A stretch of 53,927 nt of DNA from positions 1 through 53,927 of the forward strand of contig MU271486.1 of assembly GCA_021432655.1 (NCBI GenBank), in the 5' to 3' direction. The notes beneath the pieces were generated by a model. That model made no database searches. It was given only the letters and a program-made list of their open reading frames with translations, and had not been told where the DNA came from. Below are positions 21,945 to 34,840 of the stretch, in pieces. The translations under genes and the position numbers were made by a program. Numbering within the stretch: position 1 is the first letter of the stretch; every line of letters begins with the position of its first letter. The stretch comes from Atractiella rhizophila. Lineage: Eukaryota.

Positions 21945-23065
21945 TCAAGAGTCAAATATACTCCTCATCTCCTCCGCTAAAATGCATTGGCTCGCCTTGA
22001 TATCATCGTGCAATCTCTGGAAAATCGATTCAATGTCTTCGTCTTCCCAATCTTCCGTCCTTGCCGTTGTCGCGAGACCAATTTCGTCTGCTAAACTGCT
22101 TCGCGTAGCTTTTTTGTGGTCGTCCAACTGCAGAAACAACGGATCGAGTTCCTCATCCGCCCCTTCTCCGTTCTTGATTTCTACATCGGGCTCGTGTTCC
22201 TTGAAGTCCCATGGGTAGAGTACCAAGTCTTGGACAATCGTACTTTGGACCAGGTACTCGGACGAGACTCTCTCCCTCATCTCAAGACACGGAAAGTCTT
22301 GAGGACCCCGTACTTTCCCCCACTTTCTTTCCCATTCCAACGTAACTCTCCTAGCTTCTTCTCCTCCAATCCTTCCATCGAACTGCTCTAGGAGTTGAAA
22401 CCAAAGCGCGTTGATCTTCGTCCAAGTGAAATATCGTCCTCCACCAATATTGGCAACATCAGTCCATCCCTGAGCTGTCCAATAACAGTCCTGAACATGA
22501 GCCATGGATAGGATGAGGATAGCAACCCAGAGCTCTTTGGGGTGAGGGAGGATGTCCCGTTCTGAATAGATGGCTGCGAAGCGTTGTAACAGGTAGAGAG
22601 CGTGGAAGAGCGTGACTTCCTGTGTACCAGCTTTTGTGGACGTTAGATACTGCCCAACCATATTAGAATGAAGTTAATCCTCGAGACTGAGCGACGACTC
22701 ACGATGTACTCGTGCATTTCGTTTGCAAAATCCCAGGACGCTTTGGGATAGGGAAGGAGACAAAAGATGACCTCCTGTATTCGCTGAGAGATATTGAACC
22801 TCCTCTCTAATTCCTCTTCTCTTTCCTTCTTTGCATTTGTTTCATCTACCTTTTTCGTCTCTTCCTCTTCTCTCAAATAATTGGGCAAATCTATCAACAA
22901 GGGATGAGCCCTTCTCTTGTTCAAAATTAAAATGAACGCACCATCAGATGTCATGGACATCTTTTCAAAGTCACTAGAGTGGTATCCATTCTCCTCCCAC
23001 GACGATAGAGACAGTCGAGACGAAGGAATTACATTCACATCGCGCTCGGAAAGCGCGGGTACCAT
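21945..23065 (-). CDS. Divergent Pho80/PCL-type cyclin-box protein (about 2 introns; start uncertain)
   Basis: LFHALYLLQRF...LWVAILILSMAHVQDCYWTAQGWTDVANI...INALWFQLLEQFDGRI follows the PCL cyclin-box spacing. Confidence 0.55.
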
Positions 23066-23786
23066 ATTGAACTGAAAGATCTGCCAGTCAGGAGAGGTGT
23101 CTGAATTTCTGGAACCACAATTAGACGAGAGAGGCGGTTATGTGATACACGGAAGGGGAAGCGACGATGGACTCTTTCGTCGAGTTTTTAGAGTTGTTTT
23201 GTTGTCTGTGCGTCACACATGACTCTCATCAATAACAAGGGAATCTCGTCTTCCGCCCGATCCAGGCTCATAAAATACTTCGTTACCATTACTTACTACG
23301 TGACTGGTCCTATCTAGCAGTAGTTCTCGCCTATTCCGATGTGTCCGGCAGGTGAACCCGCTAAAAGTTGATCTCAACTCGTCCGGACCATAGAAGTTCC
23401 ATGGTAAGGAGTCAGAGCCCAAGCTCGACGACGAGGAGTATCCTACAGGAATGTAGCCGTGAGGGAGATATGACACAGGTTTTATTTTATCTCTTCGTTT
23501 CTTCTTGTGATAACCTTCAGGTCACAGTGTCGTACACCATGGAACCCTGATATTTCGCCGAATGTTCTGGTTCATATTTTTCATATGCTGGGAGAAAGGT
23601 GGTATCAACAGCTGTCAGAATTCCCTTGCGTTGTTTGGTTCTAACGTGGATGATTGGAAAACAAAGCACATATATTATTTTACACGTAACCATGATACAA
23701 TTTCGTCCCTCACTGGCAGAACTAAGCGCTTTGACATATCACCCAGACTGGTCACCTAAACTGAGAGAGATTCGATTTTCTGGTCC

Positions 23787-26267
23787 TTACAGCTCACTCT
23801 TCGCCTTGTCCGTAATCTTTGCCTTGACGCTAGCAGCGCTTTTCGATGCGGCGCTCGCCGTTTTTCTTGCTTCATAGTCAACACTCGCAGAAGTGTAATC
23901 GTATTTAGCTGATGAGACAGCTGCGTTCAACTATGGCAAGATTAGAAGAAAAATTTGTGAACAGTGGTAAAAGGACGACTAACGATATCCTGAACTGTGC
24001 CGATTGCTTGCTTGGGAATTTCCACTCCGGAGTGAAGCCAGCCTTGAATTGTTTCCATGAGCGAGGAGAGAGTGCCTTGGGTCGAGACGTCTGAATATCA
24101 GTATCAATTCTGTCAACAGCAATCGGCCTATGTAATGAGAGCCCTACAATTTTCCTTCATAAGTTTGAGAAGTTCTTCACGTTGAGAGGGCATCGCAACT
24201 TTGACACCGTGATCCCTCAGCCAGCCACGAATACGGTTGTTCGACCAGCCGTAATACTCGTTCCCCTTCTTATTAGCGGCCTTATAGTTCTTCTTGATCA
24301 TGTCGTAGATCTCGTCCCTCTTCGCCTCATAGTCGCTCTTCATGTAACCGTTGTCAATCAACCACTTCACGTTCCGTCAGTACTATTTCTTCACGTGTCG
24401 TTGAGCGAAATAGAAGACATACCTGGCGAGCGTCAGACTCCTTCCACGTCCCGTAAACAGTGTCCCAAGAACTGTGATAGCTGTCGGTAAGGTACTTCTC
24501 CATCTGATCTCTCCTGTAAGCCGCGGCGTCTTTAGCACTGGTGACATTATCGACAATTCCCTCCTTCGCGAGCCAGGCACGTTGCTTGGCATCAGACCAG
24601 GTGTCCCAGATGTACTCGTTGGCGTCATAGTCTGTCTTCATCAGTCAGGCTCTGTATGGAAACGAAGAGGACATACAATAGTCCTTCATCAGATCCAAAT
24701 ACTCATCCCTCGTTTTCTCCAAGTCTGAGCGATCGTCGATGACATTCTTCTCAACAAGCCATGAGCGAAGCATGGAGTCGTCCCAAGCAGCATAAGCAGG
24801 GTCTCGCAGCTCGTAGTATTTATCAGAGATCATGTCCAACAGTCTTCTTCGTCAATCACATCAGTTGTTGCGTAGGAAAGCTGAGAAAGGTAGACGCACT
24901 CTTGATGCGTCTTTGGATCTTCTCCTAACAAACCGCGAGACTGGAGCCAATGACGGATCTGGCTATCCGACCAGAAAGAGTAAGTAGTATCGCGCGCTGA
25001 GTAGTAGTTTCTAAACCCTCCGATTAACATAGCCTCGTGTGAAGGAAGACATTCTTACCGGCTCATTAGGTCCAGAAGCTCATCGCGAGTAGTAGCAGTC
25101 TTCGACTTTACGACGCCATGATCTTGTAGCCATTTACGCTATCGAACCTCATCAAATTTTGCTTAACCTAGAGAAGGAAGCTACTAACCAGGTAGGAATC
25201 AGACCACGTGTCGTAGACGTTGTTCGACTGCTCATTGTATGCAATCTTCATCTTCTCAACAAGGTCCTTCTTTGTGTCTTTCGGCGCTGGCTTCAAAGCC
25301 TCAGGAGCGTGAATATTCAGCCATTCCCTGAGAAAGTATCACTCCGTCAGCACTATTGGGGAGGCTTGGCGCAACAAATCCGAACCTAGTAGTCGACTCG
25401 TCCCAGGTACTCCACACATAATCCTTCCCGTCATCGAATTTCTGGGTAACAAAATCCCAGCTCCTCCTAACTCCATCGGTAGCAGCATACCAGCTCTTCT
25501 CGATGGAGTGTCCCCAGCTTTTCCTCTCCTTCTCCGCCTTATCCATCTCCAGCTTAACCTTTGCTACCATCTCATCCCTCGTTTTCCCAGCTTGCACGCC
25601 CTTCTCATCCAGGTACGAGCGCAATTGAGAGTCTTCCCAGGTGTTGATAAGGCGGTCTTGAACCGACGGAGTGGAGGGACGCAAGGCGAAGAAATATTGT
25701 GGGTGTTGTTCTCCCGACGCGAGCGGGTTCAGCGCTTCCATGTACGATTTCAGTTGCTGCTTCGTCGTTTTGGGAGGTGTGATGATTCCATGATCCTGAA
25801 GCCACCCCTTCAATAGCAACCGTCTCAGAAGCCGTCCATCTAGACGCTAAATGAACGGAAGAACGCACCTTCATCTCGGACTCGTCCCACTTCTCCCAGC
25901 TTCCGGCATATGCCCTCCTCATACCCTTCACCATATCATCCTTTGACTGTTGAGCTGAATCAGACCATTCCCCAGTCTTGCCAATCCAAAAATTCTTGAA
26001 GTCGGCATCGCTCCATTTGTCCTATGGAAAAAGGATATTCAAATCAAATTTTCTCGTTGCAGCCACAAAAAACAAGCTTACATAGGCAGAATCATAATTC
26101 TCCCTCACCAACTCTTTGAGTTGTTCCTTATTCAGATCTCCAGAAGGAATAGGGACGTGATGGTCTTTCAGCCAAACCGTCAATTTTTGGTTCGACCAAT
26201 CGTCATAAGGCGCCTTCTTTGCTACCGCAAGCGCGAATAGCAAAGTCGTGATGATCGTTAATCGCAT
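23787..26267 (-). CDS. Ish1/Msc1-like stress-responsive nuclear envelope/ER protein (multi-exon)
   Basis: Signal peptide MRLTIITTLLFALAVA; many W(S/D)xxxLxxWL repeats (WSNQKLTVWLKDH, WEDSQLRSYLDEKG, WSDSQIRHWLQSRG); C-terminal KSEL ER-retention-like signal. Confidence 0.85.
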
Positions 26268-26333
26268 GTTGTGGTTGTCGTTACGAGGTTCAAAAGTTGT
26301 GGACAGAAAAGAAGGACGAGGAGAAGAGAAGTC

Positions 26334-26592
26334 TTTTATATGTGCGGAGGTTGGTGTTGGTGACGTGTTTTGGAACGTCAAATCAACGTGATGTCATATG
26401 CATCATAGTCCCAATTTCACGGTAGTCTTCCCCGGCCTTCTAAGAAAAAATCCCAAAGCTTGCACGTAATGCCAAGCTTGCCAGGGGTTGCTGCTGGTGT
26501 ACGTGTACACGTCAAGTGCAGCATCATTGATCCCCGTGGTGTTGCACCTTTCTTGCGTGGTTGACAGAATCTGCGGGGTTCGGTTGCGACGT
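26334..26592 (-). promoter_or_regulatory. Putative Ish1/Msc1 promoter: TATAAAA plus a cluster of ACGT/CRE-like sites
   Basis: TATAAAA at 26334-26340 on the minus strand; TGACGT at 26361, 26375 and 26509 (either strand); seven ACGT cores. Confidence 0.5.
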
Positions 26593-26884
26593 ACTGTGAG
26601 TCAAGCTTCGGTGAAATGTAAGTGTCAGTGAGACAGTTTCTCACTTCGCTTCACAGACAATTTTGATTCTGACTTATTTATTCAAAGGTCTTGTCTTTTC
26701 CGAGGCCCAAAGAGAATGACGAAAATTAGGCGCAGTCCAGCTCCAGCGGGTTGTAGTCAAGCAAGTTCAGCCGGGTTTGAGACAGCCCCGAACAGAAGGT
26801 CCGGTTGTCTGCGAGTATAAAATCCCAAGCTTTCCTTACTCTCCTCATCCACCTTTCAGCTCACCCACCTGTGGTTAACCAAGG

Positions 26885-28681
26885 ATGCCATCCGCCGCGG
26901 TCGTTCTATCTGTCCTGGGCTTCCCCATCTACCTCTACCTTGTGCGGCAAAGGCTTCTTCGTCCTCTGTTACTGCCTTCAACAGCTCGTCCATCCGTCCT
27001 TCCTTCTCCAGCAGAGCTCGAGAAGCTGTCCGTATACACCCACACAATTTCGAGCATCCTATCTTCATTCCCTGCAGCTTCTTCACCAACTGGGAAGAAC
27101 TATGTGGTGTTGGGTGGTGCAGGATACGTAGGAGGGTGGATCGTGCGCTTTCTGATTGGGAGAGGAGAGAAGAATGTTCGGGTTTTGGACTGGGAGCTTC
27201 CGAAGGGTTTGGACGAGAATGGGATGTTGGATGGAGTGGAATATGTCAAGGTGGACTTGAGGGATCGCAACGGCGTGAAAGAGAAGATGGGGATGGCATG
27301 GAGAAATGGGAGGGGGACGGAGAGGATATTCCATACGATTGCGCTGATGAGGTTTTGGGAGCGAGGGGATCTCACGGTTTGCTCCTTTCTCTCACGTACT
27401 TAGAAAAGTATCAACTTTCTTTTGCGACCAGCTTCCTTATTCATATCGTACAACCGTGGACGGAACACAGAATGTCTTGGACGCCATCAATGCCCTTCCA
27501 ATATCCCCGGAGGCATTGGTGTACACCTCTTCAGCGGGTAAAACCTTTCTCTTGGATTCTTTTGGCCTCACTCAAGAACTCTAAAGGTTGCAGATTAAAA
27601 CCAGCCGAGATTCTGCGCTTGCGAAAACAAAACCCAGTAATCAAGGACGAAGATGAAGAGTTCGAATGCCAGTCCAGTCACTGGAACTATTCGGTACTTC
27701 CCTCGTCCTCTTCCTCTCTCTATCTAACGGAGCAGCTGAAACTATACTTGTGGCAGTATACAAAACAGACGGCAGAGCGACTTGTACTTCGATCAGACGG
27801 CACTAGAGGAATGCGAACGGGCTCTTTACGACCGGGCATGTACGATGCTTCTCTACGAATTATGCTATGTTGACGTTTAACCCATAGGGCGATCGTCGGC
27901 ACAGGGCCGCAAGAGCGTTCGTCTTTCTCACTGCTGCTCAAATTACCCTCTCATCCAGGATCAACTAGAATTCATGTGTCAAGCGTACCGCGACAAGCGC
28001 CTCTATGCTTACTCTGACAACTTTACGCACACCAACATCAACGTGATGGATCTGACAATGGGGCATCTTTTACTCGAAGCAGCACTCACATCTGCTGACG
28101 AAGACAAGCGAAATCAAGTTGGAGGACAAGCCTATCTTATTACTGGCTCTCGAGATATGATCTTTACGGATGGGGACATCAACCAGATTACAAAAGTCAG
28201 TCGACTTCCTTTCATATCTCAATTCTGAGGCAAGAGGTTCATTCTCGACAAAGTTCAATTGTCCCGAGTTGGAGATCGTACAGCTCCCTGTTACCATGCT
28301 CTACGTCTTCTCCCACATCATCGAACTCTTCCTTAATGCTCGACTTCGCTTCCTCAAGCTTTTCACGAGCGCCTTCGAAAACGGAAAGCTCCCCGCGGCT
28401 GCTCCAAAATGGCTAGGACAAGGCCGACTGTTTCAGCCTGCCTTCTTCGAACCTTCCCTTATGGATGTCATAATCGACGACAGTCGTGCAAGGAAGCATT
28501 TAGGGTATGTTTTTCCTTTGATTAGTTGATTGATGTTGACGAATTTGTGAATAGGTATGAGCCGAAGTGGACGACGTTTCAGAGTTGGAAGTGGATGGCG
28601 GATTATGTGAAAGGCGGAGAGGAGAAGTGGCAGAGGGAGATTGGAGGAGGAGACGGGACGTGGAGGGAGAAAATGGATTGA
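26885..28681 (+). CDS. 3-beta-hydroxysteroid dehydrogenase / NAD(P)-dependent epimerase (extended SDR), copy 1, multi-exon
   Basis: N-terminal TM anchor, GGAGYVG Rossmann motif, YTSS, spliced YSYTK (YxxxK), LRPG, ARKHLGYEP; TATAAAA at 26816. Confidence 0.85.
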
Positions 28682-29553
28682 GTTTTCCTCTTGGCACTGT
28701 AATTATTTCGCTTCAACTTCCTGAGGATTCTGCGGAATTTTTCATTTTGCACTGCCCAAGTCGATGGCTCATCTGTATCAAGTGGAAAGAATGGCTGCAC
28801 TCATGGGAGAATGTCACAGGCTGGGAACATTCCAATATCAACTGTGGATGACAACTTGAATGGTTCCTTACGCTTTGCTCCCTTTATTACCATTATTAGT
28901 GCGTTCATATGTCCAGTAGGTCAAGGATATTAGCCAAACCTGTATTAGGAGTGGAGCAGAGCAGGCTCACCGAGACGATGTGGGGCATCAACAAAGGAAG
29001 AGAGTGAGAACAGGGACAGGACTTCAAGTTTTAAGCTTTACTGAGTTCGAAGGTGAAACTGTCGGTACGTGCTTCTCCAATTACTTTTAGAGGTTTTCTT
29101 TAGTTTTCTCTCTCATTCCAAGCTGGCACATCCATTTCTGGCCTTTCTTGGCAAAAATCCCAAAGATTGCTCCGGACCCTCCTGCTTCGCATCTTTCGTT
29201 CTCATTCTGCTGCGCCTTGCGTTCGACTAATCGATACCTGCGTATCTATGTTATCTAATTGAGATGGCATGGGAAAACCTTTGGTTCACTGTCAATGCAC
29301 TGTGCAAGTAAGTTTCTGTGGGCCGCAAGGTCCTCTGGTTCTTTCATACAATGGTGCCTTGCTCCGCTTCCTTATTTTAGCACTTTGGACACGGAATGAC
29401 AAGCGCAGCGGATTATGCGGGCTCCCGGGATTAAGGCAGGCCCAAATAGAAGCAGGATAGCAACATGCCCAGTTGCCTGATGGTTGTTACACGCTGAGCT
29501 GAGCTGTATAAATCCCAGGCTTTCCTCATCGAACTGTCACCGCACAACTGAGG

Positions 29554-31358
29554 ATGCCATCAGTCATGATCTTTCTGTTTATCCTGGGCTTTCTCATCTA
29601 CCTGCACCTTGTGAGGCAAAGGCTTCTTCGCCCTCTGTTATTGCCCTCAACAAGTCGCCCGTCCGTCCTCCCTCCTCCAGCAAAGCTCGAGATGTTATCC
29701 GCTTATGAGCACACAATTTCGAGCATCCTTTCTTCTTTCCCTGTGGCTGCTTCGCCAACTGGGAAGAACTACGTGGTGCTGGGTGGCGCAGGATTGGTAG
29801 GTGGATGGATTGTGCGATTTCTGATCGGGAGAGGAGAGAAGAATGTTCGGGTTTTGGATTGGGAGCTTCCCAAGGGTTTGGATGAGAATGGGATGTTGGA
29901 TGGAGTGGAATATGTCAAGGTTGACGTGAGGGATCGCAACGGCGTGATAGAGAAGATGGGAATGGCCTGGAGAAATGGGAGGGGGACGGAGAGGATATTC
30001 CACACGATTGCGCTAATGAGGTTTTGGGAGCGTGGGGATCTCACCGTTTGCTCCTTTCTCTCTCGTACATGCAAGGATCTCAACGTTCTTTTGCGAGCAG
30101 CTTCCTTACTCTTATCATACGACGGTGGACGGAACGAAGAATGTCATAGACGCTATTGATGCCCTTGCAACGCCTCCGGAAGCCTTAGTCTACACCTCTT
30201 CAGCAGGTAAAAACCTTTGTCTTGGATTTTGGTCTCGCTCAAAATCCAACAGCCTGCAAATTGAATCCAATTAACATCCTACGCTTGCGAAAACAAAACC
30301 CCGTGATCAAAGATGAAGATGAAGAGCTTGAATGTCAGTCCGACCACTGGAATTATTCGGTACGTTCTTCAATCTCCTTTCTGTCTCCACCTACAAGATA
30401 AGGCTGAGACTATGAGGTAGTATACAAAACAGGCCGCAGAGCGACTTGTACTTCAATCCGATGGAACCAGAGGAATGCGAACAGGCTCTCTGCGACCAGG
30501 AATGTAGGGTATTTCAAACTTCATTGTGAAATCGCGCCAGGTTGATGCCTGCCACTCAGGGCTATCATGGGTATTGGACCGCAAGAGCGTTCGTCATTTC
30601 CATGCGCTCGAAATCTCCATTTCAACTAGCATCGGTTAGAATTCATATGTCAAGCTTACCGCGACAAGCGTATCTATGCTTACTCCAACAATTTCACGCA
30701 TATCAATATCAATGTGATGGATCTAGCTATGGGCCATCTCTTGCTTGAAGCGGCTCTTACGTCTATGGACGAAGCGAAGCGAAACCAGGTAGGGGGACAA
30801 GCTTATCTCGTTACTGGCCCTCCAGAAATGTTCTTCACCGACGGAGACATCACCAGAATTGCACAAGTGAGCCGATTCCTTTCCTCAATTCTGTCGCACA
30901 GTGCTCATCGATCGCGTCGCATAACAAAAAAGTTCAATTGTCCCGACCTAGAAGTTGTGCAACTTCCAGTGACAATGCTCTACATCGTCGCCCACGTCAT
31001 TGAGCTCTTCCTTAACGCTCGACTCCGCTTCCTCAAGCTTTTTACTGGTGCATTCGACGACGGAAAGCTCCCTGCTGCCGCTCCAAAATGGCTAGGACAG
31101 GGCAGACTTTTTCAGCCTGCATTCTTCGAACCTACCTTGTTGGATGTCATAATCGACGACAGTCGTGCAAGGAACCATCTAGGGTAACCTTGTCCCCTCG
31201 ATCAGGTCATGATATTGAAGATGTCGGGCAGGTATGAACCGAAGTGGACCACTCTTCAGAGTTGGAAGTGGATGGCGGATTATGCGAAAGGCGGAGAGGA
31301 GAAGTGGCAGAGGGAGATTGGAGGAGGAGACGGGATGTGGAAGGAGAAAATGGATTGA
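29554..31358 (+). CDS. 3-beta-hydroxysteroid dehydrogenase / NAD(P)-dependent epimerase, tandem copy 2
   Basis: Same exon structure and motifs as copy 1 (GGAGLVG, YTSS, YSYTK); TATAAA at 29507. Confidence 0.85.
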
Positions 31359-31679
31359 TTTGACTTGCCACGGTAATTATTTTGCTTTAGCTTTCTTCTT
31401 GGGTATGTTCAGAGTTGTTTCATCTTTGCTCTGTTCAAAAAGACTTAAAGTCCCGTGGGACGATGAAGGACAAGTATGCGACCGAGCTACTAAGACACTC
31501 AACGAGGTATTACAGTATGACTAGAACAAATATATGAGGAGCGGCTAGGCTTTGGAATAAATATTGAGTAATTGAAACATAGGTAATGAAGAAGTGGATT
31601 TGATAAATAGAGGAGAACTAAGCAAACATTTAGATCTAGCGAGAGGCGAATGTAATAACTTAGATAGCTGATATTTCCA

Positions 31680-33263
31680 TCACTCGAAACCGTCGAACCA
31701 AGGATCGTCCAAGAGTTCCTTTGCGCTGGGGCGCGCTCTTGGATCCACCACCAAGCAACGACGCATGAGTTTCGCCATCCTCATGACTTCTTCCAGCGGG
31801 AGAAGTTTGTAGTTGCTGATACACCTTTCTAAGGGGCAGTTTATAATATCAAAACCTTCCTTGAGCTTGAGATTGCCTGTAAAATGGAATTAGTAGTGGT
31901 GCTACATTAGAAAGGAATAAGAATCCCACAGTTGAAATCAAAAAACTCCGCCGCTCTGTCGCTGTTGCCCAATTGTATTCCACTGAACTCCTCTCCCAAG
32001 ATGCACATCATCTGGTAAAGCATATGACCATCTGCAGTCAACCCTTTTTCAGGGTCAGGCTCATGACGAAACAGCGAGCGTCCGATGACGAGATCAAAAA
32101 CCTTTAATGTCTCGTAAACTTGAGTAACAGCATGTTACGTGTACACACCATGCATCCGAAAGACCAAATATCCTAGAATATCCTAAGTCAGTGAAGGAGT
32201 AGGAGTACCAGAGGGAGACGTACAACTGTCTCGCTGTAAGAAGATTGTAGATAGATCTCCGGCGATCTTAGTTCTGGCGTAGAGATGGTGGTAGGTGCCT
32301 TCCGCTCCCATATTTGGCAATGACTAAAATCACCCAACAAAAAAGTCGGCTTTCCCCACTCCTCAAATGCAGGAAGGGGTAAAGGTTGGGAAAGCGCAGC
32401 CTGAATATACCTACCAGGAGGTCCGGGACTGGCTTCAACCTCGTTAAACCTGGAAGGATCATATTCCAAAAGCTGATCGATATCGGCGTAGGACAATGCG
32501 GTCGTGAAAAAGATATTATCGTGCTTAAGGTCGGTATGTGCCACTCTCGTGGACTTCAAATCGGTCATATCATGAATATACGAGAGTCCTCTTAACATAT
32601 GCAGTAGAATCTTCTTCGCTATCGGAAGAGGGAAACCGCCCTTCTTTCCAGGAAGTTTTCTGTGCAGATCTCTTATCGTTCCTCCGTAAACGGGCGTGAC
32701 AAGGCAAATGTGTTGTCCAGTAACATCATCGCCAGGAAGAGTGAAAGAAGAAAGTAAACGAAGGCAATGATTCGATCCTGGAGAACTCAAAACCTCGAGT
32801 GCTTCGAGCTCCATGCTGATGTCCTTCTGAACGAACTCCGTTGCATGTCCTGTCAGAGCTTTAATTGCCACGAATTTGTTCTCTCTTTCAAGATGTAATC
32901 AGTATCCTTTCTTCGTGTTGCACTGCAAAAGGAAACGCACTCTTTATCCCGAGCGAGCCAGACACTCGAGAATCCCCCAAACCCCAACTTTCGCTTCACC
33001 TCAAAACGTCCGCCAGGCCAAATACGATCGCCAAATTTGATGTTGGGGAATCCGAGCCCGTGGGCCGCAGGAATACCAAGGGGTTCTTCTGCAAAGTGGA
33101 AGGCCAATTCTTCTTCGCCAGCAGCATTGGTAGTCACTGTCACGTTTTTCGGAATCGCCATCGGGTCTGGTAGTGCTGCTGGTGGAGGCTTGGAGGCTAT
33201 TCTGCGGGAGATACCTTTGGGGATGAGAGATGGTGAGAAGAGTCGAGGAGCCGTAAAACGCAT
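31680..33263 (-). CDS. SRPK-like (CMGC) Ser/Thr protein kinase, multi-exon
   Basis: RKLGFGGFSSVWLARD, VAIK, HTDLKHDNI, LGDFS, LRSPE, RPSAKELLDDPWF; alternative ATG at 33272. Confidence 0.85.
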
Positions 33264-34112
33264 GACGATCATAAAGAAAAATGTTAAAAACTACCCAAGA
33301 GGAAATTCAGACAGATGCACTGATTTAGGACGAACAGCGAGAGGAGGCGGAACAGCTTCACTCTGCCCTTCTACGACTGACTACATCACGAAAGAGGAAG
33401 ACAGGAAGAAGTGAGGGAATGGGGGAAAGAGTACACACCCTTTATTTTGGGTATTCTAGAAAGGAATACCACCGTGGGAGAAAATATGTGACTTGAGAAA
33501 GCAATAAAGAGTCAGTAAAGCGCAGTAGAACGCAAACTCACCTTCGACGCGAAGCTAGCACAGCCTGCCTGTATAACAGGGAACTCTATTCGACCGGGGT
33601 GCCAATTGAAGCGTGCAAACTTGAACAACAGAAAATATAAAAAAGTGTCGCAAGGCAGGAAACCAACCAAAAACAAACCTATGAATATTCAATTCGAAGG
33701 TGACTTCAAGTTCTGCCTACTAGAGCAAGGATGAGAGGAGAACAAATGGCGGAAGATGTCGATGGTGTAACTCGGTCTAGAGCACTTCAAGTCAACAAAC
33801 ACAGCTTGAGCAGAGCTAGGCAGGGCATTGGCAGGTTCCTTTTCGAACACGAACAAAAACAGATTATATTACGACCTCCATCACTGCAGATGTGCGCAAA
33901 ACTTGGTTTCGATACACGACACTGATGAAAGAACGACATCTCCAGCCGAAAATTGAAAACGCGTCGTTGCGGATGGGACCCTTTTAGTGTAAATAAGATA
34001 CTGCTTGCAACCACCGACGGGAACGAACGACTGTACTGGTTAGCTTAGTAAGGAGAACAGCAACGAAAATCAGCCAGGAAAACAACAAAAACGACGTGTC
34101 TAATAGTAGTTG

Positions 34113-34840
34113 AGCTTACGATCAACCTTCCCTCACTCCCATCCGTCCCATCTTCCTTCTTTTCATCTCATTTATAGATTCTGATAAGGTCCAAGCCTTC
34201 TGCTCTCGCATGCTTCCCAATCATCTGGATTGGGCAGGTAGGAATGCAACGTCCAAGATGGGCTGAGGTCCCGAGAAGGAAGGTGTAGTGGGAATTTTGG
34301 GAAAACGAATGCCTGACAGGCTGACCAACCCTGAAGGGTGCATGTTGAATAAGCAAGACCATGATCTACAGAAGGGGAAGGGGAACGAACAAGATGACGC
34401 ACGGTGGGTAGATAGCGAATCTCCAGACGTTGATGATTGGACTAAGTGAAAATTCAGCGTTATGAGGAAGTAAGAAGAAAGACAACAGATGTGGCGCTCT
34501 CACGTCCATCTACTCTGCCATCTGTATGAGGAACCGAATGTTGGCTCTTCCTACTGTGTCTTGGAGTCTTTGTTCTTCAAGTCGACGATAGCTAGTTTCC
34601 TGTTGTCGAATCTGGGTTTGGAGATAATCGAAGGTACGAACCTTCTCGTAGTTGGGTAAGTTGCGAGGCATCAGTTTCTGCCATCTCAAGGATGGCAGGA
34701 CTGATGGTATAGAATCGACGTCCAAAAGGCGGTCTTCCTGAGCTGATTTGAAAGCTCGCGCGAATTGACATACTTACCCCAATCAAATGCTTGTCACAAC
34801 ATACCAATACTAAAGAGCTAGTGCTTGCGCAATGGCCTCA
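34113..34840 (-). pseudogene. Decayed 3' fragment homologous to the membrane protein gene at 51211-53875, in inverted orientation
   Basis: RRFYTISPAILEMAETDASQ vs SRFYTINPTILEMAETDSSQ; PKFPLHLPSRDLSPSW...NPDDWEA...RLGPYQNL vs PKLPLLLPSRDLSPSSW...NPDDWEA...RLGPYQNL; frameshifts and stops. Confidence 0.8.

Noticed and set aside
23213..23476. Minus-strand 87-aa ORF upstream of the cyclin-like gene
   Set aside because: GTG start and no splice path I could establish; might be an upstream exon but unsupported
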